DNA from: Candidatus Amunia macphersoniae
GTDB lineage: Bacteria; Chloroflexota; Dormibacteria; Aeolococcales; Aeolococcaceae
DNA length: 64,000 bases
Assembly: GCA_016464795.1 (NCBI GenBank)
Contig: JAEKNN010000058.1
Coordinates: 966-64,965, forward strand
Reading direction: 5' to 3'
A program made the translations under genes and the position numbers. Within the stretch, counting starts at the first letter, position 1, and the number at the start of each line of letters is the position of its first letter. The notes below the pieces were generated by a model, which saw only the letters and a program-made list of their open reading frames with translations, searched no databases and had not been told where the DNA came from. Below are positions 20,386-28,978 of the stretch, one piece after another.

Positions 20386-21252
20386 TCAGCCTTTTCTGGC
20401 GCGGAGGTAGGCGACCGCCAGGCGATTTTGGCCAACGCCAGCCTCGACGGACCCACGCAGAGCGCTCAGGAACAGTGACGCCTCCGTGCTCTCCAGCGCC
20501 CCGTCGACAGCCTCCAGCAGGGTGGGGGAAAGCGGATTCGGCGACGAATGAAGCACCTGTTCCCAATCGCGTGGGTGCGGTCGCGTGACCGAGACCTGCA
20601 GGATGAGCTCGACCTCCTCGAACCCGGCGTCCTCGGCAAGCCGCACGAGATCGTTCTCGTCGAAGTCCATCATCGGTCGCAGGTCTGGACCGCAGCGCCG
20701 CTCGATCTCGGCGACCACGCGGTCTCGCAGGCCCGCCACCGCCGAGACATCCCACCCCCAAAACATGCCCGGCGGCTCGGGGAACATGCGACGGTTGATG
20801 GGCTCGAAGATTGACAGGCGACCCCCCGGCCGGAGCACACGAAAGAACTCCGCGAACGCATCGCGCTTTCGGCTCGCGTAGATGAGGACCGATCGGGTCG
20901 TCACCGCGTCGACGCTCTCATCACCGACGCCGGCGAGATCCTCAGCGGAAGCCTGCACGTAGCTGGAGCGATCAGACACACCCATTGCCTCCGCCCGCTC
21001 CTCGCAAAGCCTCAGCAGCTTGCTGGAAACATCGCTGAAGACGACTCGCAGCGCGCCTCTGAGGGCTTCGAACGCTCCGAAACCGATCAGTCCGTCGCCG
21101 CACCCCACGTCGAGCAGAACGTCGTTCGGTCGCAGCGCCGCGCCGCCGAGGACACCGTCGCGATATCGCATCAACTCATCGCGCTGATCAGCCTGGAGCT
21201 CCGACCCTCCTTGACGGCGCAGCAGCAACCAGTCGGACCACGCGTCAGTCAC
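20386..21252 (-). CDS. Class I SAM-dependent methyltransferase
   Basis: VLDVGCGDGLIG (motif I) and LRPGGRLSIFE (motif post-II) are present. The GTG start at 21252 overlaps the GNAT gene TGA (GTGA). Confidence 0.75.
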   Translation of the reverse strand: MTDAWSDWLLLRRQGGSELQADQRDELMRYRDGVLGGAALRPNDVLLDVGCGDGLIGFGAFEALRGALRVVFSDVSSKLLRLCEERAEAMGVSDRSSYVQASAEDLAGVGDESVDAVTTRSVLIYASRKRDAFAEFFRVLRPGGRLSIFEPINRRMFPEPPGMFWGWDVSAVAGLRDRVVAEIERRCGPDLRPMMDFDENDLVRLAEDAGFEEVELILQVSVTRPHPRDWEQVLHSSPNPLSPTLLEAVDGALESTEASLFLSALRGSVEAGVGQNRLAVAYLRARKG

Positions 21253-21824
21253 GGGCGATCCATCCTGTGCACCCAGGCGTGGAGCGCGTAGCGGCGTCCT
21301 TTGTCCTCCACCATCGCCGGTGCCCTCTCCGTGAGTTGAAAGCCTGCACGCCGGGCCACATCGATGCTGGCAAGGTTGTCCAGCTCGGCCTCCACGGTCA
21401 CCGCGTCAAACCCAAGACCGTGGGCATGACGCGTGATCAGTCCAAGAGCTCGCGCGGCGACCCCCCTCCGCCGGTATGCCCGCCCCACCATGTAGCCGAC
21501 GCTGCCGGACTCCAAGTTGAGCATGACCTCGCCCTGGGGCTCTCGGCCGTCAGCTGTGATTGCCAGCTGCAAGCGCCTCCCGGCGACACGAGCCTGTTGT
21601 GCTCGCTCGATGAAATCCCTGGCGGCGGCTGCATCGAAGAGAGATGCCACAGGCAGACGGTAAGCGATCTCAGGATCATCGAACAACGTCATGACCGCGT
21701 CGACGTCCGCGTCCGTCCATTCGCGCAGGATCAGACCGTCTCCGGCGATGGAAACATCCGCACAGCCGTCGCCAGCAGCGGTTGCCCTCCTCACGCAAGC
21801 AGTATCGCGCTTCGTCAACCCCAC
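21249..21824 (-). CDS. GNAT family N-acetyltransferase (RimJ/RimL-like)
   Basis: …MVGRAYRRRGVAARALG… is an acetyl-CoA binding motif A region within a GNAT fold. The exact start is uncertain. Confidence 0.65.
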   Translation of the reverse strand: MGLTKRDTACVRRATAAGDGCADVSIAGDGLILREWTDADVDAVMTLFDDPEIAYRLPVASLFDAAAARDFIERAQQARVAGRRLQLAITADGREPQGEVMLNLESGSVGYMVGRAYRRRGVAARALGLITRHAHGLGFDAVTVEAELDNLASIDVARRAGFQLTERAPAMVEDKGRRYALHAWVHRMDRP

Positions 21825-22275
21825 GAAATTCAGATTGGGGTGGGTGATCGAAGCATGCCTCGCAGCTCTTGAGGAGTGTGGGCGCCGACTTGACGAGCTC
21901 GACCGGCATCCACATCGTTGGGCACATGGCGTCGCACCTGAAAGCGCGGGCTTCCAGTCTCCTGCTTGGCTCTCGCCCGCTGAGCCGCTTCGTGCAGATC
22001 AACCGTCTGGTGATGCTCACGACCGGCGCTGGTTCAGAGTCGAGCCCACCATTCTGGCTGCCGCGCGCCCGATACACGGCCTTCGTCGATTATGACCCTG
22101 AAGGCGCGGTGCGGTCCTTCCGAATCCTCGATGCCCGCAACCGTGGATTTCCCGACTGGAGCTCCATTCCTGCGGAGGTTGGCCAGGTCTCGGCGCCCGA
22201 GGGGTTTTGAGGTCAGTGCACGAGCAGGGATATCTCAACGGCCCTGCATGCCGGCTCTGTTCTGCGGCGCATGCA

Positions 22276-22665
22276 TCACACCAGCCGGAAGCGCTCGCAC
22301 ACCACCAGTGTGTCGCCAGTGGCGCGGTCAGCCGACCAGTATTGCAGCCCGGCAGCTCGCCAATCGGCGACGGTGGTGTAACCCTCGCCTTCATCGATGG
22401 CGAACTGAAGGTCCACATCGTTCAGGGCGACCACCTTCACGTCGATGACCTCGATGGTGCCGAGAGGCTCGCCGGAATACCCAGCGAGGAAGAACCACTC
22501 GCGTGCTCGCGGCAGGGGTTCCGCAGTGAAAGGCTCATATTCCGAACGAAGGCTGGCGGTTGCGGTCTTCTCGCCGCGGAGGACAGCGGCGACCAGCTTC
22601 TTCCGCAGCTCGCTGCGAGGGGCGCCGAGTTCGTATGGACGGACCGGCGGCGAGCGACGAGGCAT
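22276..22665 (-). CDS. ASCH domain protein
   Basis: LRGEKTATASLRSEYE…GEPLGTIEVIDVKVV…EGEGY is the ASCH fold signature. Confidence 0.6.
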   Translation of the reverse strand: MPRRSPPVRPYELGAPRSELRKKLVAAVLRGEKTATASLRSEYEPFTAEPLPRAREWFFLAGYSGEPLGTIEVIDVKVVALNDVDLQFAIDEGEGYTTVADWRAAGLQYWSADRATGDTLVVCERFRLV

Positions 22666-22758
22666 CCCTCAATCATAGGAACCAACATCGGGGCAGCCCG
22701 GCCCAGCCGGCTCCGCAGCACGGACTCCGGTGGCGCCGCCGGGACGCATACTCCGGCC

Positions 22759-23319
22759 ATGGACGACACCGCCGCGAGCCACGAAGGACCTTCGGTGACT
22801 GCGCCGGCGGTGTGGCCGGCGCCGCGTGCTGTCGAGATCCCTCGCGACGCCGACGAGTTGACCATGCTCGAAGCGTATCTGGACCACTACCGCGAAACCT
22901 TCGACCTGAAATGCGCCGGGATTGCTCCTGCCCGGATGTCGGAGCGCAGCTCACCACCGTCGACCATGAGCCTGCACGGCCTGGCGTGACACCTCGCCGG
23001 TGTCGAGCGATGGTGGTTCGCCATCCATTTTGCCGGGCTCGAGCTGCCCCTGCTGTATTACAGCAACGACGACCCTGACCAGGACTTCGAATCCCTTGAC
23101 GGTGATCCGCTGGAGGCTCTCCAGGTGTGGCGCGGTGAATGCGTGCGCTCGCGTCGCATCGTCGATGAGGCGTCGAGCCTCGTCCAACGAGGCGCCGTCG
23201 ATCGCAACGGCGGCTACACGTTGCGCTGGCTGATGCTGCGGATGATCATCGAGTACGCCCAGCACGCCGGACACGCGGACTTCCTGCGGGAGGGCATCGA
23301 CGGAGCAGTGGGCGCCTGA
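22759..23319 (+). pseudogene. DinB/DUF664-family (mycothiol-dependent-enzyme-like) protein with an in-frame TGA stop at 22987-22989
   Basis: One reading frame encodes …LEAYLDHYRETFDLKCAGI…STMSLHGLA*HLAGVERWWF…ALQVWRGECVRSRRIV…LRWLMLRMIIEYAQHAGHADFLREGIDG, a full-length DUF664/DinB_2 protein. The TGA sits where the family has a conserved Arg (CGA>TGA transition). Confidence 0.6.
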
Positions 23320-23350
23320 GCCTCATCCCCCCACCGCCAGGCTGCGCGTT

Positions 23351-24865
23351 CTAGAACGAGCCGCCCGCACCTGCGCCGCCCCCCGCTGCTCCTCCGCCCA
23401 TGCTCGCGGATGACCCGCCGCCGCCGAAACCGCCGTCGACGCCCAGCCAGGCACCGTAGAAGCCCGAATCACCCTGGGTGGGTACCAACCACCGTGGTTG
23501 GATGCCGCGTGCGTCGGCCCGCACCAGGAGGGGGTCGATGTCGCGCGTGCATGCGAGCGCGATCGCCCAGGGCAGGCAGTGCTCCACGTCGATCGCTCTC
23601 GCCACCTGCTCGTCAGGCTTGCCAGCGGCGGCCACGAGCCCACGCCGAAACCCCTCCCAGCGCGCTGCCAGTGCCGCTCCTGTGTCGGTGTTGCGGGAGA
23701 TCGTGGCAGCCACGCCGAACGCGACCACAGCAGACGTGCACGCCACCGCGATGCCGGGCAGCGCCCACGCCTGGTGTCCGATCAGCGCGGCTGCGGCATC
23801 CACGACGACCAGCGCCATCGATATCCACGCCAGCCATCGGAGGGGCGCCGCCTCACGGTCGGCATCGGCGCTGTACAGGCCGCGGTCCCGAAGGTCTGTG
23901 ATCAGCTGGGTGCGAAACGCGGCGAAGTTCCGGCGCAGGCCACCCAGGCGGCTGGTCGGGATGGTTCCGTCCTGTCGACTCGCGTCAGCCAGCCGCAACC
24001 AGACGACGCGCTCCCATGGCGCGTGCGCCTTGGACTCGTCCACGAGACGGACCACGTAATGTTTGTGGTCCGTCGACTCGATGGTGAGCGCGCCTCGCCT
24101 GGCCAGGTCGAACACCGTGGCAAGCACGAGAGATCGCGTGGGATGCCCGTTCCAGACGGCGCCGGCGATGGCGGGCTCGTCGTCAGTTGGTGGTTCGGTC
24201 GTTTCGGTGACCGGCGCGGCCACGCGGTTGCGCCGCAGCCACACTCGTCGTGCCCGTCCAACCACGACGATCAACAGCACCAGGGCCGCGATGTTGAGGG
24301 GGACGGCGGCAACGGCTGCAGCGACCCCTCTCGCCAGGGTGGGTGCCGGTGGACCGGACAGCAGATCCTCGTGCACCGCCGCCAGCGTCGCCGTCAACGC
24401 ACCGCTGAGGTCTCCGCTGAGCAGTCGCGGCGACATGATGTTGTCGTACAGGCGCGACAGCTCGGTCTGAGGCAATCGCCCCGCGGACAACCGGTGACCG
24501 GCGTAGAGGGCGGCGCTGCCGTGTTGGTTGTTGGTGCCTGGTTGAATGTCGACGAGCATCACAAGACCGTCTTGAGCTCCTGTGACGCTCTCGATGTCAG
24601 CACCGTTCATCAGCGCCTCCGCCTCGGCGATCGCCGTTGTGGAGTTGGCAGATTCCACCTGTACCTGCACCAGCACCGGGGTGCCCGCGGCCGCAACCGC
24701 CGTGGCCTGCGCACTGACGTTGTTGAGCTGTGCGCCGGTCAGGGCATGGGCGGCATCTCGAACCTCCGCGTGCGTTCCCAGCGCCAGTGCAGGAATACCC
24801 GTGGCGATGGCCGCCACGGCAGCCAGCGGCAGGGCCATCCGGAGACGCCGCCCGTGTCTGGACAC
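23351..24865 (-). CDS. DUF2207/TPM-like domain membrane protein with a Gly-rich C-terminal tail
   Basis: It has a signal peptide, an N-terminal TPM-like region (LVMLVDIQPGTNNQHGSAALYAG), central TM segments, and a C-terminal …GFGGGGSSASMGGGAAGGGAGAGGSF tail typical of the DUF2207 family. Confidence 0.5.
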   Translation of the reverse strand: MSRHGRRLRMALPLAAVAAIATGIPALALGTHAEVRDAAHALTGAQLNNVSAQATAVAAAGTPVLVQVQVESANSTTAIAEAEALMNGADIESVTGAQDGLVMLVDIQPGTNNQHGSAALYAGHRLSAGRLPQTELSRLYDNIMSPRLLSGDLSGALTATLAAVHEDLLSGPPAPTLARGVAAAVAAVPLNIAALVLLIVVVGRARRVWLRRNRVAAPVTETTEPPTDDEPAIAGAVWNGHPTRSLVLATVFDLARRGALTIESTDHKHYVVRLVDESKAHAPWERVVWLRLADASRQDGTIPTSRLGGLRRNFAAFRTQLITDLRDRGLYSADADREAAPLRWLAWISMALVVVDAAAALIGHQAWALPGIAVACTSAVVAFGVAATISRNTDTGAALAARWEGFRRGLVAAAGKPDEQVARAIDVEHCLPWAIALACTRDIDPLLVRADARGIQPRWLVPTQGDSGFYGAWLGVDGGFGGGGSSASMGGGAAGGGAGAGGSF

Positions 24866-25799
24866 CTGCCTAGCCTAACCGTCTGCGCCCGCGACTTCGA
24901 CCCCCGGGTTACGCCTGCCAGACGGCGTGATCTTGTTGAAAGACCACACGCGCTGACCACCACGGTGACCCAGGAGGAAGCTGACAGACGCTCTCCCCTA
25001 AAACCGAGCGGACCCGTTGACGCAGGACGTGACGGCAGGGGACATGGGCCGCTGGGCCGGTTGTGCCGTCGTCCCGGCTGGGCGGCGGATAGCTGATCAA
25101 CTTGATTAGGACTAGTCATCACGCCGTCCGCAGTGTGCTTCAATGACAGTGTCGGCTTCCATAGAATGGTCGTGGTGCCAAGAGAGTTTCGAGTGCTGTG
25201 GCGGATTTGTCCATCGCCAGAGGAGGACGAGCGGAACGCTCAACGCTTCTTTCGCGAGAAGTTCGCAGCGGAGGGCCTGCCGTCAGATCCGACTGCAACT
25301 GCTGCTGCCAAATCAATTGCTCCGATCGTTCCGTCAACGGGCATTCGCGTGCGAGCTCGGCGAGGGTCCAATCCCTTTCGCAGCAGGCGATTTCAAATCC
25401 AGGTGGATGGCTCTCGGCCGATCAGTCAGCCTTGGGAAGCGACTTCCGTTATCCCCGTCTGTCCTGGTTCACATGTGGTCAAGTGCTACTTCTTAGTTGA
25501 CTTCTTTTTACACGGCGGAGGGTCGGCCGTGGCGGTCGACGTCCCTCCAGGGCAGATTGTGGCAGTGGTGTATATCCCCCCCAAGTGGGGGATGTGGGCG
25601 GGCACCTGTCTGGTGCAAGGGCGAAGCGAGGATCCGTTAGCAGAGGATGCTCAAGATATACCCTGAATCGTCCTGGGTTTCGTGGAACTACGGCCTGTTG
25701 TTCATCAGCTTATGGTGGCCGAACGCGCGGACGGTTCGCAGTCACTGGCAGGCACCTCAAAGCCCAGAATAGGCTCGGACTTTCGGCGGCAGGACCGCC

Positions 25800-26961
25800 T
25801 AGTCGTCTGTAACACTAAAAGCTTGACTGTGAAGTGTCGAGGTGAGATGCTTCACCGAGATGTCGGCGCCGGCTCCTGCACTCCCTGTATCTGCTGAACA
25901 GCGCGCGGTTCTGGAGACGTGGACGCGTAGTCGCGTTCTTTCGCATCGTCAGGTGCAGAGAGCGCAGCTGGTGCTCTTGGCGGCCGACGGCCTGGCCAAT
26001 GAGATGATCGCCGCCCGGCTCGGCATGTCCAAGCCCAGCGTGCTCAAGTGGCGCGCCCGGTTCGCAGCTGATGGGGTCGACGGCCTCGAGGAGGCCCCTG
26101 GACGGGGACGACGACGGACGTACGGACAAGACTTCGTCGAGCGCGTGGTCAGCGCCACCCTGCGCGCACCTGACGATGGCACCACCCACTGGAGCACGCG
26201 TTCATTGTCAGGGCGGGTCGGTGCCAGCCACGCCACCGTGCACCGCATTTGGCAGGACATGGGACTGCAACCGCATCTCACGCGCACCTTCAAGTACAGC
26301 ACCGATCCCCACCTCGACGAGAGGGTCAGCGACGTGGTAGGGCTGTACATGAACCCGCCGGAGAACGCGATCGTGCTTTGCGTCGATGAGAAGTCACAGA
26401 TCCAGGCGCTGGACCGCACCCAGCCGCTCTTGCCGATGAAGCCACATCAGGTGGAACGCCAGACCCACGATTACAAGCGGAACGGCACCACCACTTTGTT
26501 CGCTGCCCTCGATGTGGCCACCGGTGAGGCCACCGGCGCCTGCTACCAGAAGCATCGGGCGACAGAGTTCCTGGCATTCCTAGAGCTCGTCGTGCGCGTC
26601 TATCCGCGGCGGCAACTCCACGTCATCGTTGACAACGCCTCCTCGCACAAGACACCGGAGGTACAGCAGTGGCTGAGTCGGCACCGCCGCGTTCATCTGC
26701 ACTTCACGCCGACCGGGTCGAGCTGGCTCAATCAGGTGGAGACGTGGTTCTCGGTCCTGAGCCGGCGCGCGATTCGGCGCGGCGTGTTCCGGAACTTGAG
26801 CGCGCTCATCGACGCCATCCAACGTTTCCTGGACGGATGGAACGAGCGCTGCAAGCCCTTCGTTTGGGTGAAGTCAGCTGAGCAAATTCTCGCTCAACTC
26901 AACCGTCAACGTTTCCATGAGACGGTCCACTAGCTAGCCTGAGTCCACGGCGCGACGACTG
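25800..26961 (+). mobile_element. IS630-family insertion sequence; boundaries are approximate
   Basis: It contains an intact DDE_3 transposase. The only flanking inverted match found is a 7-bp AGTCGTC next to a TA at 25800-25801, so the terminal inverted repeats are not resolved. Confidence 0.5.
25860..26933 (+). CDS. IS630-family transposase (HTH + DDE_3 endonuclease domain)
   Basis: There is an N-terminal HTH (…ANEMIAARLGMSKPSVLKWRARF) and a DDE_3 catalytic region (LCVDEKSQIQALDRTQP…YKRNGTTTLFAALD…IVDNASSHK…SSWLNQVE). Confidence 0.85.
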   Translation: MSAPAPALPVSAEQRAVLETWTRSRVLSHRQVQRAQLVLLAADGLANEMIAARLGMSKPSVLKWRARFAADGVDGLEEAPGRGRRRTYGQDFVERVVSATLRAPDDGTTHWSTRSLSGRVGASHATVHRIWQDMGLQPHLTRTFKYSTDPHLDERVSDVVGLYMNPPENAIVLCVDEKSQIQALDRTQPLLPMKPHQVERQTHDYKRNGTTTLFAALDVATGEATGACYQKHRATEFLAFLELVVRVYPRRQLHVIVDNASSHKTPEVQQWLSRHRRVHLHFTPTGSSWLNQVETWFSVLSRRAIRRGVFRNLSALIDAIQRFLDGWNERCKPFVWVKSAEQILAQLNRQRFHETVH

Positions 26962-26990
26962 CACGAAGGGAAGGAAAGGATGGGAAACCG

Positions 26991-27299
26991 ATGAGCGAGA
27001 TGGGCCAGCCCGTTCCACCGTTGCCTCCCGAGCCCACCCTTTCCGCCCGCGCCGCCCCGTCCGATGTCATCTTGGAAGGTGACCTTGACCACGGTGACCA
27101 GCGTCATCTTCGTGACCAACCGACGCAGAACTGTCCACACGAGCACGCCCGAGCAACTGGAGACCCAGTCTCGTCAGGCGCTGGTCCACAACCTCTTCTC
27201 GGTTGGTGGGGGTTCCCCTTCGGTTTCATTTGGACGCCGATTGCGTTGGCGAGCAACCGCCGAGCACTGCGTGAGCTCCGCGCAGGGGCCGGCAGGTAG
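26991..27299 (+). CDS. Hypothetical small protein (102 aa)
   Basis: The ATG is preceded by a strong ribosome-binding site (AAGGAAAGGATGGG). A C-terminal hydrophobic segment GWWGFPFGFIWTPIALA is present; there is no recognisable family. Confidence 0.3.
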   Translation: MSEMGQPVPPLPPEPTLSARAAPSDVILEGDLDHGDQRHLRDQPTQNCPHEHARATGDPVSSGAGPQPLLGWWGFPFGFIWTPIALASNRRALRELRAGAGR

Positions 27300-27612
27300 T
27301 TCGGCACGGAGCCGCAATCGCACAGAGAGAAACCCGCCTGGACGCCGCGTCAGTCGACGCTGGCCGACACTGCCGCTGAGGAATACGGTCACGAGCGCAC
27401 CATGCCGAATCTCGCAAACAATGGTGCTCACCCGTGACTGTGAGGGCCGGCAGCCGTTCAGGCGGGGTTCCGGTTGGCAGAATGCTGGCGTGACCGGTGG
27501 TCGGAGTCCCCTGACCGTTGGCTCGGCAGCAGGCAGACCTTCTCATGCGGTCCCGTTCGCAGTTGCAAGGACCGCGGTGATCGCAGCGGGTGAGTCCGGC
27601 GTGGTCGGAACG

Positions 27613-27912
27613 ATGGCTGTTGAGCTCAGAAACCCAAACACCTTCCCGTTCTGGCTCCTGGTGGTCACCGCCTACTGCGTCTTCGTCTTGGCGTTCGCGT
27701 GGGTAGCGGCGCTCATCAAGGAGATCAAACGGGAGACACCGCGCGCGACGCTTCTCGTCCTCGCGGTACTGCCTCCGGTCGGACTTTTGTTGTGGGCCAT
27801 TCAGCTCGACGCTCGTCTCGGATGGCGCTCGGTTGTCACCATTGCATTCGGCGCCACGTTATTGGCGGGGGTGTTCGCCATGTGGGCTGGTGGCGCCATG
27901 TCCGCCGCCTGA
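27613..27912 (+). CDS. Hypothetical small membrane protein (~99 aa, 3 predicted TM helices)
   Basis: MAVELRNPNTFPFWLLVVTAYCVFVLAFAWVAALI… is hydrophobic. The ATG is at 27613; the upstream part of the listed ORF is not protein-like. Confidence 0.4.
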   Translation: MAVELRNPNTFPFWLLVVTAYCVFVLAFAWVAALIKEIKRETPRATLLVLAVLPPVGLLLWAIQLDARLGWRSVVTIAFGATLLAGVFAMWAGGAMSAA

Positions 27913-27925
27913 GCCCCGTTCTCGC

Positions 27926-28420
27926 CTATGGCAGGTTGGCCAGGTCGCTGAGATCGCCCTGGATCTGGGCGTTCGCGGCGTCGAGCGAGTACGACAAGTT
28001 GGATCGCTGGACAGCGTTCGCGTAGTTCGACAGCAGCGAGTCGGCGATCGCCGTCCACTGTGACAGGTGCTGATGGAGCAGTTGATCGATGTCGGCGACG
28101 TTCGCGCTCACCGTGATCGTCTTCTCGCCCGCGAGGAACATCGCGATGGCGTTGTCTCCGCTCTGCTCGTCGGTCATGCACTGAGTCTTGTCGGGTTGCC
28201 CGCAGGCGGTTGTGGCAGCACCCGGCCTGAACTCTGGCGAGCGCAGGTTGGTGGCGACGAGCTGCTTGAGCCTGTCGACAGCGCTTGGAGGGGACGCCGT
28301 CGGAGGCACTGGAGACTGCGAGGCAACGGTTCCGCCACTGGTGGCCGGTGAGCCGCACCCGACAACGTTCCCCAGTGCTGCCGATCCGAGGGCCACCAGG
28401 ACCACGGCGTTCGCCCGCAT
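27926..28420 (-). CDS. Hypothetical lipoprotein
   Basis: The ATG at 28420 encodes MRANAVVLVALGSAALGNVVGCGSP, a signal peptide with a lipobox. Confidence 0.55.
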   Translation of the reverse strand: MRANAVVLVALGSAALGNVVGCGSPATSGGTVASQSPVPPTASPPSAVDRLKQLVATNLRSPEFRPGAATTACGQPDKTQCMTDEQSGDNAIAMFLAGEKTITVSANVADIDQLLHQHLSQWTAIADSLLSNYANAVQRSNLSYSLDAANAQIQGDLSDLANLP

Positions 28421-28639
28421 GGGCCAAGTGTATGGCGGCCGGAGACGGCCGCTCGGCAGCCACCGACGCCGCAACGACCGCGGGGGTCGACAACGTTGAT
28501 TGGGCCTCATGGGAACCTCACACTCAGGGCGTACGGCGTCGAACGCAGTTCTGGCGCGCTACTGGTGGGTTGACTCTTTCATCGTCGTCCACCTCGTGCC
28601 CGCGATTCGTAGGCATTGGCGGCTTCGCGCCCCAAACTA

Positions 28640-28978
28640 TCACGGTGGCGACGACGGACGCCGCTCGTCGAGGAGACCCTCGATCGTGGCCTTCGAGAGC
28701 CCGTGCTTACTCAAAATCTCGGCGGCCGTGGTCGAGCCCTGAGAGGTGAGCGCAAACAGGAAGTGTGCAGAGCTGAGCTCCTCCGCCCACTGATCGGCAA
28801 GGGCGACAGCGATGGAGACCAGCTCCCGCACGAGGCCAGCACGCCGGTCGGCCTCGGGAGCGGCAATGAGTTCGCGCAACGCGTCGGTCGACTGACCGCG
28901 CTCGACGTCTTTTCCCGCGGCCACGTGCCGGCTCCAAGCCGTGGTGGGGAGACGATCGCGCACCTTGTCGACGGTCAC
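28640..28978 (-). CDS. Clp_N (Clp amino-terminal) domain-like protein, single repeat
   Basis: …AEELSSAHFLFALTSQGSTTAAEILSKHGLSKATIEGLLDE resembles a Clp_N repeat. The GTG at 28978 would overlap the TGA of the upstream Clp_N gene once that gene's frameshift is corrected (GTGA). Confidence 0.5.
   Translation of the reverse strand: MTVDKVRDRLPTTAWSRHVAAGKDVERGQSTDALRELIAAPEADRRAGLVRELVSIAVALADQWAEELSSAHFLFALTSQGSTTAAEILSKHGLSKATIEGLLDERRPSSPP

Noticed and set aside
19803-20456. 217-aa and 147-aa minus-strand ORFs overlapping the hydrolase remnant
   Set aside because: Arg/Pro-rich junk translations are in alternative frames of the same DNA. Only the frame matching RBBP9/YdeN is protein-like.
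22987-22989. In-frame TGA in the DinB-like gene as a selenocysteine codon
   Set aside because: The position corresponds to a conserved Arg (CGA), not Cys. No DinB selenoproteins are known. The downstream hairpin is small and lacks a clear SECIS shape. A nonsense mutation or sequencing error is more parsimonious.
25517-25548. GGAGGGtCG…CGtCCCTCC hairpin as an intrinsic terminator
   Set aside because: The T-run lies on the wrong side of the stem for either strand, so it is not a canonical terminator.
25133-25666. 177-aa ORF (and overlapping 117/100-aa ORFs) in the low-GC segment
   Set aside because: There is no ribosome-binding site, the frames overlap, and the amino-acid composition is not protein-like. 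They are probably chance ORFs in AT-richer DNA.
25795-25810. AGTCGTC 7-mer at both ends of the IS630 transposase as terminal inverted repeats
   Set aside because: The match is too short to distinguish from chance in GC-rich DNA. The element boundaries were left approximate.
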